A DNA stretch of 64,000 bases from assembly GCA_051889995.1 (NCBI GenBank), contig JBJFDL010000002.1:145051-209050 (forward strand), given 5' to 3'. The notes beneath the pieces are model-generated. The model saw nothing but the letters and a program-made list of their open reading frames with translations. It ran no database searches and was not told where the DNA came from. A program made the translations under genes and the position numbers. Shown here piece after piece: positions 46,180 to 55,941 of this stretch. Each line of letters opens with the position of its first letter. Position 1 is the first letter of the stretch. The DNA comes from Christensenellales bacterium. Its GTDB lineage: Bacteria; Bacillota; Clostridia; Christensenellales; UBA1242.

Positions 46180-47514
46180 ATGGAAAAAACAATTTGTGCA
46201 ATTTCAACGCCAATTGGAGTTGGTGGAATAAGTATTATTAGAGTTAGTGGTAAGGAAAGTTTAAAAATAGTTAATAATTTGTTGGAAAATCCTATTTTAA
46301 ACCCACAGCCAAGAAAATTAATATTAAAAAAAATTAAGACAAAAACTTTTACAGACAATGCCATGATTGTATATTTTAAAGCACCTTTTTCATTTACGGG
46401 AGAAGATGTTGTTGAAGTACACTGCCATGGTGGAGTTTTTATTACAAATGAAATTTTGAATGAACTTTTACATTTTGGTGCAACTCTTGCAGAAAATGGA
46501 GAATTTACAAAACGAGCATTTATGAATGGAAAATTAACATTAGATAAAGCTGAAGGCATTATTGATATGATTAACAGCGAAAGTGAGATGGAAGCAAAAT
46601 CTGCATCTAATTTAATGAATGGCAAATTGACAACTTTGGTTCATAATATGCAAGATGTCTTAACCGATATTTTAGCAGAACTAGAAGTAAGTTTGGATTA
46701 TCCAGAACAAGATATTGAATATGCAAAAACTCAAAAATTTACCCAAAAAATAGAAACTTTAAGAAATGAAATTATTACCATAAAAAATACTACTTCCACA
46801 GGAATGCTAATCAAAAATGGTATAAATGTTGCTATTTTGGGCGCTCCAAATGTTGGAAAAAGCAGTTTGATGAATGCAATGCTTGGCTTCAAGCGTGCAA
46901 TTGTTACCGACATTGCTGGAACAACAAGAGATAGTATCGAAGAAAGTTTTGTTGTAAATGGCATTAAAATTAACTTAATTGACACTGCTGGAATTAGAGA
47001 GAGTGACAATGTTGTTGAAAAAATTGGTATTGATATTGCAAAGGAAAAATTAAACACTTGTGATTTAATATTGTTTGTCGTTGACCTTTCAAGAGAAATA
47101 ACAGAGGAAGAAAAAACTTTGCTTGATTCAGTAAAAAATAAAAAAGTTTTACTTGTAAAAAATAAATCTGACAATAAAAAATATGACTATGATTTACCTT
47201 TTAATTTTGTTGAAACAAACACTGTTAATTACAAAAACATTGACAAATTAAAGGAAGAAATTTATAATAGCATAATCAATAAAAATATTATCGGTAGTGG
47301 TTTAATCATAACAAATATACGACATAAAAACGCATTGGAAAACGCAGAAAAAAGTTTAAATGATGCACTTAAAACTTTAAATGTTACCAATAGTTTTGAA
47401 TTACTTTCAATTGATTTAAACAATGCATACTCATATTTGGGAGAAATAACTGGCGAAAGTAATAAGGAAAACATTATTGATAGAATTTTTGCAAAATTTT
47501 GTTTAGGAAAATAA
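46180..47514 (+). CDS. mnmE: tRNA modification GTPase MnmE
   Basis: N-terminal ICAISTPIGVGGISIIRVSG, G1 GAPNVGKSSLMN, G3 DTAGIRE, and the C-terminal CxGK motif (FCLGK). Confidence 0.92.
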   Translation: MEKTICAISTPIGVGGISIIRVSGKESLKIVNNLLENPILNPQPRKLILKKIKTKTFTDNAMIVYFKAPFSFTGEDVVEVHCHGGVFITNEILNELLHFGATLAENGEFTKRAFMNGKLTLDKAEGIIDMINSESEMEAKSASNLMNGKLTTLVHNMQDVLTDILAELEVSLDYPEQDIEYAKTQKFTQKIETLRNEIITIKNTTSTGMLIKNGINVAILGAPNVGKSSLMNAMLGFKRAIVTDIAGTTRDSIEESFVVNGIKINLIDTAGIRESDNVVEKIGIDIAKEKLNTCDLILFVVDLSREITEEEKTLLDSVKNKKVLLVKNKSDNKKYDYDLPFNFVETNTVNYKNIDKLKEEIYNSIINKNIIGSGLIITNIRHKNALENAEKSLNDALKTLNVTNSFELLSIDLNNAYSYLGEITGESNKENIIDRIFAKFCLGK

Positions 47515-47516
47515 TT

Positions 47517-49382
47517 ATGAAAAAATATGACGCAATTGTAATAGGTGCTGGTCACGCAGGAGTTGAAGCAGCTTTAAGTTTAGCACGAACAAATCAAAAA
47601 ACATTGCTTTTAACATTAAGTTTAGATGCAATTGGTTTTTTAGCATGCAATCCAAGCATCGGTGGAACAGCAAAAGGACAATTAGTTAGTGAGATTGATG
47701 CACTTGGTGGAGAAATGGGCATTAATGCCGATAAAGCAACAATTCAAATAAGAATGTTAAATCGTGGTAAAGGTATTGCCGTTCAAAGTTTAAGAGCACA
47801 AACAGATAAAAATAAATATCATATATTTATGAAACAAACGCTTGAAAATACTGAAAATCTAGACATAAAACAAGCAGAGGCAAGTGAAATTTTAGTTGAA
47901 AATAATAAAGTTTATGGCTTAAAAACAACAATGGGAGAAGAGTTTTCATGTAAAGCAGTTATCGTATGCAGTGGGGTTTATCTTAAAAGCAAAATTTTTA
48001 TTGGAAATTACACCGAAAACATTGGTCCTAATGGATTTAAAGCAAGTAATAATTTAACGCAAAACTTGCTTGATTTGGGCATTGAAATTAGAAGATTTAA
48101 AACAGGAACACCTATGCGCGTTCATTCTGACAGCATAGATTATTCAGCATTAGAAATTCAAAAAGGTGAAGATTACATACAAAATTTTTCCTTTTTAAAC
48201 GAAGGTAAACATCCAAACAATGAGAAAGATTGTTATTTAGCATACACAAATCAGTCAACACACGATATTATTAGAAATAATTTAACCAAATTTCCAATGT
48301 ATTCTGGTGAAATTATTGGCGTTGGACCTAGATACTGCCCTTCTATTGAAACAAAGGTTATGCGTTTTAGTGATAAAGAAAGACATCAACTTTTTATTGA
48401 ACCCGAAGCATTAAATACAAAAGAAATGTATATTCAAGGTTTTTCAACAAGTGCACCAGTTGAAATTCAAGAAGAAATGCTACATAGCTTAAAAGGTTTT
48501 GAAAATGCAAAAATCATGCGTGATGCATACGCAATTGAATATGATTGCATAAACAGTTTGGAATTATTACCAACACTAGAACATAAAAAAATATCTGGAC
48601 TATATTTTGCCGGTCAAGTTAATGGAACAAGTGGATACGAAGAAGCAGGCGCACAAGGTTTGTTAGCGGGAATTAACGCAAGTTTAAAATTAAGAAGTTT
48701 AGAACCTTTGATTTTAAAAAGAAGTGAAGCATACATTGGCGTATTAATTGACGATTTAGTTACAAAAGGAACTAATGAGCCATACAGAATGATGACTTCT
48801 CGTGCTGAATATAGATTGATTTTAAGACAAGATAATGCCGATTTAAGATTAACTGAAATAGGACGAAAAGTTGGCCTAGTTACAGATGAAAGATATGAAA
48901 AATATTTAAACAAAAAAACACAAATAGAAAATTTAATTAAAGAACTTAATATTGCTTTAAAACCTGAAGTATTAAATCCATATCTTTTAAGTATTAATGA
49001 AAACCCAATTGAATTTTCAACATCAATCTATAACTTAATTAAAAGAAATAATGTCGATTTAAAAAGCATAATTAATTACTTTGATATTTTTAAAAACTAT
49101 CCTCAAAGTGTTGTTGATGAAGTTAACACAATGATAAAATATGAAGGATATATTAAAAAACAAAATGAGCAAATTGAAAGTATGAAAAAACAAGAAGATT
49201 TAAAATTATCAACTTCTTTCGACTATGAAAAAATACAAGGGTTGCGTTTAGAAGCAAGACAAAAATTAAATGAAATTAAGCCATTAAACATTGGACAAGC
49301 AAGTAGAATTTCAGGAATAAGTCCTGCCGACATTAATGTTTTAATAGTTTATTTCAAAGCAAATCCACAAAAAGCTTTATAA
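47517..49382 (+). CDS. mnmG: tRNA uridine 5-carboxymethylaminomethyl modification enzyme MnmG (GidA)
   Basis: Start taken at MKKYDAIVIGAGHAGVEAA (FAD-binding GxGxxG), 2 nt after the mnmE stop. Length and synteny with mnmE fit. Confidence 0.92.
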   Translation: MKKYDAIVIGAGHAGVEAALSLARTNQKTLLLTLSLDAIGFLACNPSIGGTAKGQLVSEIDALGGEMGINADKATIQIRMLNRGKGIAVQSLRAQTDKNKYHIFMKQTLENTENLDIKQAEASEILVENNKVYGLKTTMGEEFSCKAVIVCSGVYLKSKIFIGNYTENIGPNGFKASNNLTQNLLDLGIEIRRFKTGTPMRVHSDSIDYSALEIQKGEDYIQNFSFLNEGKHPNNEKDCYLAYTNQSTHDIIRNNLTKFPMYSGEIIGVGPRYCPSIETKVMRFSDKERHQLFIEPEALNTKEMYIQGFSTSAPVEIQEEMLHSLKGFENAKIMRDAYAIEYDCINSLELLPTLEHKKISGLYFAGQVNGTSGYEEAGAQGLLAGINASLKLRSLEPLILKRSEAYIGVLIDDLVTKGTNEPYRMMTSRAEYRLILRQDNADLRLTEIGRKVGLVTDERYEKYLNKKTQIENLIKELNIALKPEVLNPYLLSINENPIEFSTSIYNLIKRNNVDLKSIINYFDIFKNYPQSVVDEVNTMIKYEGYIKKQNEQIESMKKQEDLKLSTSFDYEKIQGLRLEARQKLNEIKPLNIGQASRISGISPADINVLIVYFKANPQKAL

Positions 49383-49597
49383 AATTATGAATTTTTATTA
49401 AAAAAATCAATAAATTCTTTTAAAAAATAAATAATTAATGATGGTATATTGGTTTTTATGGTATGTTTTTATTTGTGAAAATAAAACAATTTAATATTCA
49501 ATTTAAAACAATTAAAGCAAAATTAGTTCGAATATTAGAAATTAAACAGACAACATTAAAGTTTTATTCTTAACTTTATGTTTACTAAAATTTAAAT

Positions 49598-49638
49598 AAA
49601 AAACTCTAACAAAATTAATTGTTAGAGTTTTATTTTTT
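49598..49638. terminator. Bidirectional terminator between convergent genes
   Basis: ACTCTAACA-N8-TGTTAGAGT hairpin flanked by an A-run and a T-run. Confidence 0.75.
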
Positions 49639-49649
49639 AATTAGTTTTC

Positions 49650-50093
49650 TTATTTTTTATAAGATAAATATAAACTAATTAATGCTGACAATCCTATTAA
49701 TACTGCCCCTAAAATAGCGCCAATACCAATAATCAATGTCCCGTTGAAAATAGCAAGTTTAGTTATTAATGCAATAAACACGGTTGCTACAACACCTGAA
49801 GTTCCAGCAACTAAATTTAGTAGTTTATTATTAAATATAGGTAAAACACCACAAAGGAATGATAATATTAAACTAATAAATAAAACTGTGGAAAATTCAA
49901 AATAAGTAACCATAATACCTAATCCAACATCTTTTTGGTAGCCAAAAATTGCTTTTATGCCATTATATGTTGTTGTATTATCACCTACCTTATATACAAC
50001 TGCAGGTAATAATAGCAATAAAACAATACCAACAATAACTAACAAAATAGGTAAAAATTGTAATAATGCATTTTTCTTTGTCTTTTTAGCCAT
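49650..50093 (-). CDS. Small integral membrane protein (about 4 TM helices)
   Basis: 147 aa and almost entirely hydrophobic helices. SD GGAGGAG upstream. Confidence 0.6.
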   Translation of the reverse strand: MAKKTKKNALLQFLPILLVIVGIVLLLLLPAVVYKVGDNTTTYNGIKAIFGYQKDVGLGIMVTYFEFSTVLFISLILSFLCGVLPIFNNKLLNLVAGTSGVVATVFIALITKLAIFNGTLIIGIGAILGAVLIGLSALISLYLSYKK

Positions 50094-50368
50094 TTCAACT
50101 CCTCCTTTTTTATTTTTTAATCATAAACTAATTATATTATTTAAAAATTTTTTTGTCAAATTTTTATATTCATAATTTTAAATAGATATTATTTTTTTAA
50201 AACTTGTAACAAAAATAAAGCAAACAAAAATATCTTTTAAATTACAGTTTTTAAAAGATATTTTAATTTATATATTAAAATTTTAATTTTTTTGCAACTA
50301 ATTAATTCATAAATTATATAATTTTGTTTTTCATTAATGCATCATTTAATCATAAGAATAAAATATTA

Positions 50369-51637
50369 TTATTCAATGTATTCAAATTCGTATGAACCAA
50401 TACGAACTGTGTCGCCTTCTTGAAGGCCTTTTTCTAATAACTTATCAATAATTCCGTTTTGTCTTAATCTTCTTTGGAAATAAGCAAAACTTTCAGGGTC
50501 ACTTAAAATAATTCCCCTACTCATTCTGTCAATCAATCCACCACTAACAATAAATGTTCCAGTATCATCACGATTTATTTCAACTGAAGTGTAATCTCTA
50601 ACATCAAGTTCAAAGATTTCTTCTTGTATTTTTTCTTTTTCAGGTAAGTTTTTTATTTCTTCAATAATTGTGTTTAATAATTCATCAACGCCTTGTCTTG
50701 TTGCTGCAGAAAATTCAATTATTTTATATTGTTTTCCATATTTTTTCTCGAATTCATCAACTACGCTTCTATCTTCAAATATTAAATCCATTTTATTTAA
50801 AACAATAATTTGTGGACTTTTTGCAACTTCTTCGTTATATTTTTTTAGTTCGTTATTTATGATTTCAAAATCTTCTATTGGATTTCTACCATCTACGCTC
50901 GCAATATCAATAATGTGTAATAAAATTTTTGTTCTTTCTATATGTTTTAAAAATTCTAATCCTAGTCCCTTCCCTTCGCTTGCGCCCTCAATTATTCCAG
51001 GTATATCTGCAATAACAAAACTGTTATCATAATATTTAACGACGCCTAAATTTGGAGAGAGAGTTGTAAAATGATAAGCCGCAATTTTAGGCTTGGCACT
51101 GGTCAAAACGCTTAATATTTTGCTCTTTCCAACACTTGGAAAACCAATCAACCCAACATCAGCAATTGTTTTTAATTCCAAATCAACTGCATATTCTTTT
51201 GTTTTTTCTCCCGTTTCGCTAAAAGTTGGAGTTTGTCTTCTTGAATTAGCAAATTTGCTATTACCACGACCACCGCTACCCCCTCTAAGCAAAATTTTCT
51301 TCTCGCCATGCTTTGTCATATCTGCAATTACTTTGCCAGTTGTTGCATCTTTAAAAATTGTGCCACAAGGAACTTTTAAGATTAAGTCAGCGCCACTCTT
51401 ACCATAACTATTGCTTTTGCCACCATTTTCACCATCGCCAGCTTTGAAATGTTTAGTAAAATAAAAATCTACTAGGTTATTTAATCCTTCATCAGCAACG
51501 GCAATAACATCTCCACCTTTTCCACCATCACCGCCATCTGGACCACCATGCATTGTTATTGTGTCATGATAAAAATTAACTTTCCCATCGCCACCATTAC
51601 CTGCTTTTATATAAATTCGTGTCTTGTCTACAAACAT
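50369..51637 (-). CDS. obg: GTPase Obg/CgtA
   Basis: Gly-rich Obg fold (GGDGGKGGDV, GGSGGRGN), G1 GFPSVGKS, DIPGIIEGA, and a C-terminal OCT-like domain. Confidence 0.92.
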   Translation of the reverse strand: MFVDKTRIYIKAGNGGDGKVNFYHDTITMHGGPDGGDGGKGGDVIAVADEGLNNLVDFYFTKHFKAGDGENGGKSNSYGKSGADLILKVPCGTIFKDATTGKVIADMTKHGEKKILLRGGSGGRGNSKFANSRRQTPTFSETGEKTKEYAVDLELKTIADVGLIGFPSVGKSKILSVLTSAKPKIAAYHFTTLSPNLGVVKYYDNSFVIADIPGIIEGASEGKGLGLEFLKHIERTKILLHIIDIASVDGRNPIEDFEIINNELKKYNEEVAKSPQIIVLNKMDLIFEDRSVVDEFEKKYGKQYKIIEFSAATRQGVDELLNTIIEEIKNLPEKEKIQEEIFELDVRDYTSVEINRDDTGTFIVSGGLIDRMSRGIILSDPESFAYFQRRLRQNGIIDKLLEKGLQEGDTVRIGSYEFEYIE

Positions 51638-51661
51638 ATTATCTCCTAAATTATTATATTT

Positions 51662-52336
51662 TTATTTTTTATTATAAGTGCAAAATTCTTTCAATGGACA
51701 ATTTTCACATAAAGGTTTTTGACTTTTGCAAACATATCTACCGAATGTTACAAAATACAAATGAGTTTTTCCCCACAATTCTTCATCAAACAAGTTTTTT
51801 AATTCTATTTCAGTTTTGTCTGCTGTCCTTGCACTTGACAAGTTTAATCTGTGACTCACTCTAAAAACGTGAGTATCAACTGCAAGACCTGCCTTTTTAA
51901 ACCCCTCACTTAAAACAACATTTGCCGTTTTTCTCCCAACCCCAGCGAGTTTTGTTAGTTCTTCCAGTGTTGGAGGAATTTTTCCGTTATATTTTTCAAC
52001 TAAATCCTTGCATAAAGCAATAATATTTTTGGCTTTATTATGATAAAAACCACAAGAATAAATTTTTTGTTCTAATTTTTCTTGACCTAAGTTTATAAAG
52101 TCTTGGGGTGTTTTACATTCTTTAAAAAGCTCTTTTGTTACAGCATTTACTCTTTTATCTGTGCATTGAGCTGATAAAATAACACTTATGAGTAATTGAA
52201 ATATATTCTCATAAACCAATTCACATTTTGGTTCGCCATAAATATTACTTAAAATTTTATATATATCAGAACATTTTTTGTCCATACATATATTATTACA
52301 CAAATATTTAAAAAAAGCAAATATTTTATCTTCCAT
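51662..52336 (-). CDS. nth: Endonuclease III
   Basis: HhH-GPD region LTKLAGVGRKTANVVL and a C-terminal 4Fe-4S cluster loop CKSQKPLCENCPLKEFC. Confidence 0.88.
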   Translation of the reverse strand: MEDKIFAFFKYLCNNICMDKKCSDIYKILSNIYGEPKCELVYENIFQLLISVILSAQCTDKRVNAVTKELFKECKTPQDFINLGQEKLEQKIYSCGFYHNKAKNIIALCKDLVEKYNGKIPPTLEELTKLAGVGRKTANVVLSEGFKKAGLAVDTHVFRVSHRLNLSSARTADKTEIELKNLFDEELWGKTHLYFVTFGRYVCKSQKPLCENCPLKEFCTYNKK

Positions 52337-52383
52337 AAAAACAAAAACTCTCGCTATTAAGCGAGAGTTTAATAATTAATTTA

Positions 52384-52977
52384 TTATGCAAAATTTTCTT
52401 TTAGATATTCATATAAAGCACTTTGATTTGCTTTAACCTTATAGCTATAGTAAATATATGAACTTGAAGTGTTTATGTTTTTAACATAAATATTAATATC
52501 TTCTAAAGAATCTAATGAGTTTACTTTAACATATAGAGTTTTATATTGAATATTTGTTTCAGTTGTTCCACTAGCAAAAGTGTAAGTATATGTTTTTCCA
52601 TTTAATTTTAAGGTTTGGTTTTCATAGTAATGGAATGCAATTACAACTCCACTTGTAGTTACTGAACTTTCAGATATGCTATTTCTTTCGATTGTTACTT
52701 TATTTCCTAAAGTTCCTTGGAAAATCGCACTCATAATTTTTTGTTTATAACTTTCATTATATAATTTCATTACTTTGCCATAAACTTCTTTGTTAGCGCT
52801 AATTTCATCATCTTTAAAATAACTTTGGCTTTCTGCGCCATTATTCATAATTATTTCAATATAATCTGGATTTTTTAAGTTTAAATTATAGTCTTTATCT
52901 ACACAAGAAAAGACAATTATTGTTCCTGCTATTATTGCTATTAAGCATAATGCTACGATTGATAGTATTTTTTTCAT
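52384..52977 (-). CDS. Putative lipoprotein / membrane-anchored hypothetical protein
   Basis: Signal-like N-terminus MKKILSIVALCLIAIIAGTIIVFSC with a possible lipobox Cys. No other motif. Confidence 0.5.
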   Translation of the reverse strand: MKKILSIVALCLIAIIAGTIIVFSCVDKDYNLNLKNPDYIEIIMNNGAESQSYFKDDEISANKEVYGKVMKLYNESYKQKIMSAIFQGTLGNKVTIERNSISESSVTTSGVVIAFHYYENQTLKLNGKTYTYTFASGTTETNIQYKTLYVKVNSLDSLEDINIYVKNINTSSSYIYYSYKVKANQSALYEYLKENFA

Positions 52978-53030
52978 AATTTCTCCTACGAATTAGTTTA
53001 CAAAATTTTATTGTTTTAGTCAATAAATTT

Positions 53031-55103
53031 TTAATCTTTTTTACCATTATCATCTGGTTTTGTGTTACTTTTTTCTTTATTTTGAATCTCATCAGAAGCT
53101 TTTTCTTTATTATCAACGATATAGCCACTATTTTTTAATGCTTCCAATGTGCGTTTTTTAATTTCTTCGGCACGTGCTTTTTCTAATTCTTCTTTTTCTT
53201 TCCTTTCTTTTTCTTGTTGTATTCTTTTTTCTTCTTCTTTTTCTTCCATTGCTTTAATTATGCTATCAACATCTTCTCCGTTCATAATAGCATCTAATTC
53301 TTCTTTGTAAGCAACATTCTTCTTCAAAAGCAAATTAGATAATGCTACAACTTTATCCCAATTCTCTTTTAATATCTTTTCACAACGAGCATAGTTATAA
53401 TTTAATATTTTTAAAATTTCTTCATCAATTTTATTTGCAGTATTATCAGAATATAAAACTTGTGTTTGATAATCTCTTCCAATAAACACTTCGCTAGAAC
53501 TTCCAAGGTTAATAAAACCAAGGGAAGCACTCATACCAAATTGTGTTACCATTTTTCTAGCAATTTTGGTCGCTTGTTCAATATCGTTACTTGCACCAGT
53601 TGTGATATCTTTAAATTTAATAGCTTCAGCAACTCTGCCACCCATAAAACTTGCAATCATATCATTCAATTTGTTTAATGTTGCATAGTTATCGTCTGTT
53701 TCGGGTCTTGATAGTGTGTATCCACCGGCCATTCCACGTGGTATTATTGAAACTTCTTGAACTTCATCGCAAAATTCCAACATTTTATGCAAAATTGCGT
53801 GACCACTTTCGTGATATGCTGTAATTTCTCTATCCCTTTCAGTAACAAGTCTGCTTTTCTTTTGTGGTCCCATCATAACCTTATTAACTGCTTCTTGAAT
53901 ATCTATCATATTAATTTTTAAACGATTATCTCTTCCAGCAAATATTGCTGCTTCATTAAGCAAGTTTTCCAAATCAGCACCACTAAAACCTGTTGTTAAT
54001 TTTGCAATATTTTCTAAATCTACATCATCAGTAAATTTCTTATTTCTAGCGTGGACTTCTAGTATTTTTTGTCTACCTTTAACGTCAGGCATACTAATAT
54101 AAATTTGTCTATCAAATCTTCCCGGTCTTAAAAGTGCTGGATCCAAAACATCTGGTCTGTTTGTTGCAGCCATAACAATTATACCTTCATTACCTTCAAA
54201 TCCATCCATTTGAACAAGTAACTGATTTAATGTTTGTTCTCTTTCATCATTTCCACCACCAAGTCCTGCACCCCTTTGACGGCCGACTGCATCAATTTCA
54301 TCTATAAAAATAATACAAGGTGCATTTTTCTTTGCTTGGTCAAATAAATCTCTTACCCTGCTGGCGCCAACACCAACAAACATTTCAACAAAGTCAGAGC
54401 CCGAAATACTAAAGAAAGGAGCGTTACATTCACCTGCTACAGCTTTAGCAAGTAATGTTTTACCCGTCCCTGGAGGGCCTACCAGCAACACTCCTTTGGG
54501 AATTCTCGCACCAAGTTCCGTGTATTTCCTTGGATTTTTTAAGAAATCTACAATTTCTTTTAATTCTTCTTTTTCTTCTTCGCTTCCTGCTACATCATTA
54601 AATTTTACTTTACTTCTTTCACCTGTTCTGGCATTACTTTTACCAAATGCCATATTTTTATTACCCGTATCTAAAATTGCTTTAATAACAAAAAAGCCCA
54701 ATCCAAGCATTAATATTCCAGACAAGTATGGCAATATTTGACTAAAGAAACTTTCACCTTCTAAATCATAATCTGCACTTATAGGTGTTTCTGCAGTGCT
54801 ATTATATTCATCAATAAATTCTACTAACTTTTGAGAATTTATAAATGTGCAATAAAAATCACCAGTTTTCCCCTTTTTAAATTTTGCCTCGCTAATTTCA
54901 CTATCAACTACACGAATATAAATAACATTACCGATTGTTTTAATGTTTGCAACCTCTTTTGCAACAACTTTATCTTGAAATTCTGTATAGTCTATTTTTT
55001 TAGCCCCACTCGGACTATTGTTTAATGTTATAAAAAGAAATACTAACAAAATTAATATTAGTATTAGATATAAACTTGAAAATCCTCTCTTCTTGTTTTC
55101 CAT
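53031..55103 (-). CDS. ftsH: ATP-dependent zinc metalloprotease FtsH
   Basis: Two N-terminal TM helices, Walker A GPPGTGKT, Walker [13 protein letters not shown], and zinc site HESGHAI. Long E/K-rich tail. Confidence 0.95.
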   Translation of the reverse strand: MENKKRGFSSLYLILILILLVFLFITLNNSPSGAKKIDYTEFQDKVVAKEVANIKTIGNVIYIRVVDSEISEAKFKKGKTGDFYCTFINSQKLVEFIDEYNSTAETPISADYDLEGESFFSQILPYLSGILMLGLGFFVIKAILDTGNKNMAFGKSNARTGERSKVKFNDVAGSEEEKEELKEIVDFLKNPRKYTELGARIPKGVLLVGPPGTGKTLLAKAVAGECNAPFFSISGSDFVEMFVGVGASRVRDLFDQAKKNAPCIIFIDEIDAVGRQRGAGLGGGNDEREQTLNQLLVQMDGFEGNEGIIVMAATNRPDVLDPALLRPGRFDRQIYISMPDVKGRQKILEVHARNKKFTDDVDLENIAKLTTGFSGADLENLLNEAAIFAGRDNRLKINMIDIQEAVNKVMMGPQKKSRLVTERDREITAYHESGHAILHKMLEFCDEVQEVSIIPRGMAGGYTLSRPETDDNYATLNKLNDMIASFMGGRVAEAIKFKDITTGASNDIEQATKIARKMVTQFGMSASLGFINLGSSSEVFIGRDYQTQVLYSDNTANKIDEEILKILNYNYARCEKILKENWDKVVALSNLLLKKNVAYKEELDAIMNGEDVDSIIKAMEEKEEEKRIQQEKERKEKEELEKARAEEIKKRTLEALKNSGYIVDNKEKASDEIQNKEKSNTKPDDNGKKD

Positions 55104-55421
55104 ATTTTCCCTCGCTAAACAAGTATATCATAAAACTACAAAAAGTCAAAATGAATGTTGTTGTTTTATTAAATAAAAATGCTATATTTACAAAAATATT
55201 GTATTAACAATTTACCAATTTTTATACTAATAATATAACACTAATTTTTATAAAATTATATTGAAAAGATTAAATTATTCTCATAATGAGAAACAAATAA
55301 ATTATTGTTTTACTAAAACTTTTCTTTATTTTTGATTAATTTTATATAAAAAACGTAGCAAAATCAATTAATTTGTTTTAATTTTAAATTAAATATTAGT
55401 TTTTATGGTATATAAATCTTC

Positions 55422-55458
55422 AAAAAAGCACTATCAAATTGATAATGCTTATTTTTTT
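55422..55458. terminator. Bidirectional rho-independent terminator in the secA-ftsH spacer
   Basis: AAGCACTATCA-AAT-TGATAATGCTT hairpin (one mismatch or G-U) flanked by A- and T-runs. Confidence 0.65.
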
Positions 55459-55941
55459 ATTATATTAATATGTTAGAAAATTTATGATTTAATGGTCTAT
55501 TCAAAAAATTCAATTATAAAACTTGTTGCATCTCACTCTGGGCACTTATCAATACTCCTTTCATATTTCGTTCCACAATAATCACAATTTTTGTTTGTTA
55601 CCTTTTTAATCAATTATTCACTATTAATTTTTTTAACAACATTTAATTTATGTTTTTATGCTTTTTTATAACCAAATAAATAAAAGTAGTATCTAATTCA
55701 AATAAACTTATAATAGAAAATATTTCACCCATTAATACGTAAACCAGTTGAAGTATGTGTTACACCACCACTATGGCTTGAAGTATGACTTCTGGTAGAA
55801 ACAGTTTTTGAAATATGACTTCCCGTCCTTCTGACACATCTGTGTCAATTAGGCATAATCTACCTTCTCATTTTACAAACATAGTTTTATTACAATTAAC
55901 TTGTGGAACAAAATATTTTTTAAAATTTTGAATTAAACTTC

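Noticed and set aside
46140-47555. Track ORFs antisense to mnmE (46140-46625, 46731-47174, 47262-47555, minus strand).
   Set aside because: They lie entirely within, or antisense to, a well-supported conserved gene. Their composition is low-complexity and hydrophobic, typical of reverse-frame artefacts in AT-rich DNA. No SD is present. The same reasoning applies to the other embedded antisense ORFs in the track, including 786-1079, 2341-2601, 2992-3297, 3379-3678, 5357-5632, 6667-6985, 10559-10835, 16880-17122, 48614-48913, 50670-51407, 53460-53678, 54496-55025, 58299-58487, 58771-59604, 62487-62762 and all plus-strand ORFs inside the giant gene.
52895-53128. 77-aa ORF bridging the ftsH 3' end and the next gene's start.
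   Set aside because: It overlaps two better-supported genes in another frame. It is Lys/Ile-rich and low-complexity, with no SD.
55748-55837. The 30-nt periodic repeats looked superficially like a mini CRISPR array.
   Set aside because: There are only three units. Only ~10-14 nt are conserved per unit, leaving ~16-nt variable parts. No cas genes or leader are present, and the units are in frame as a decayed peptide repeat. This is not a CRISPR array.
55700-55900. Tried to assign the secA-downstream spacer to a known RNA: SRP/4.5S RNA, 6S RNA, RNase P, a T-box, or common riboswitches including guanidine-II-like ACGR hairpins.
   Set aside because: None of the conserved core sequences I know for these families could be aligned convincingly by eye. 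It is left as an unexplained region rather than called as an ncRNA.
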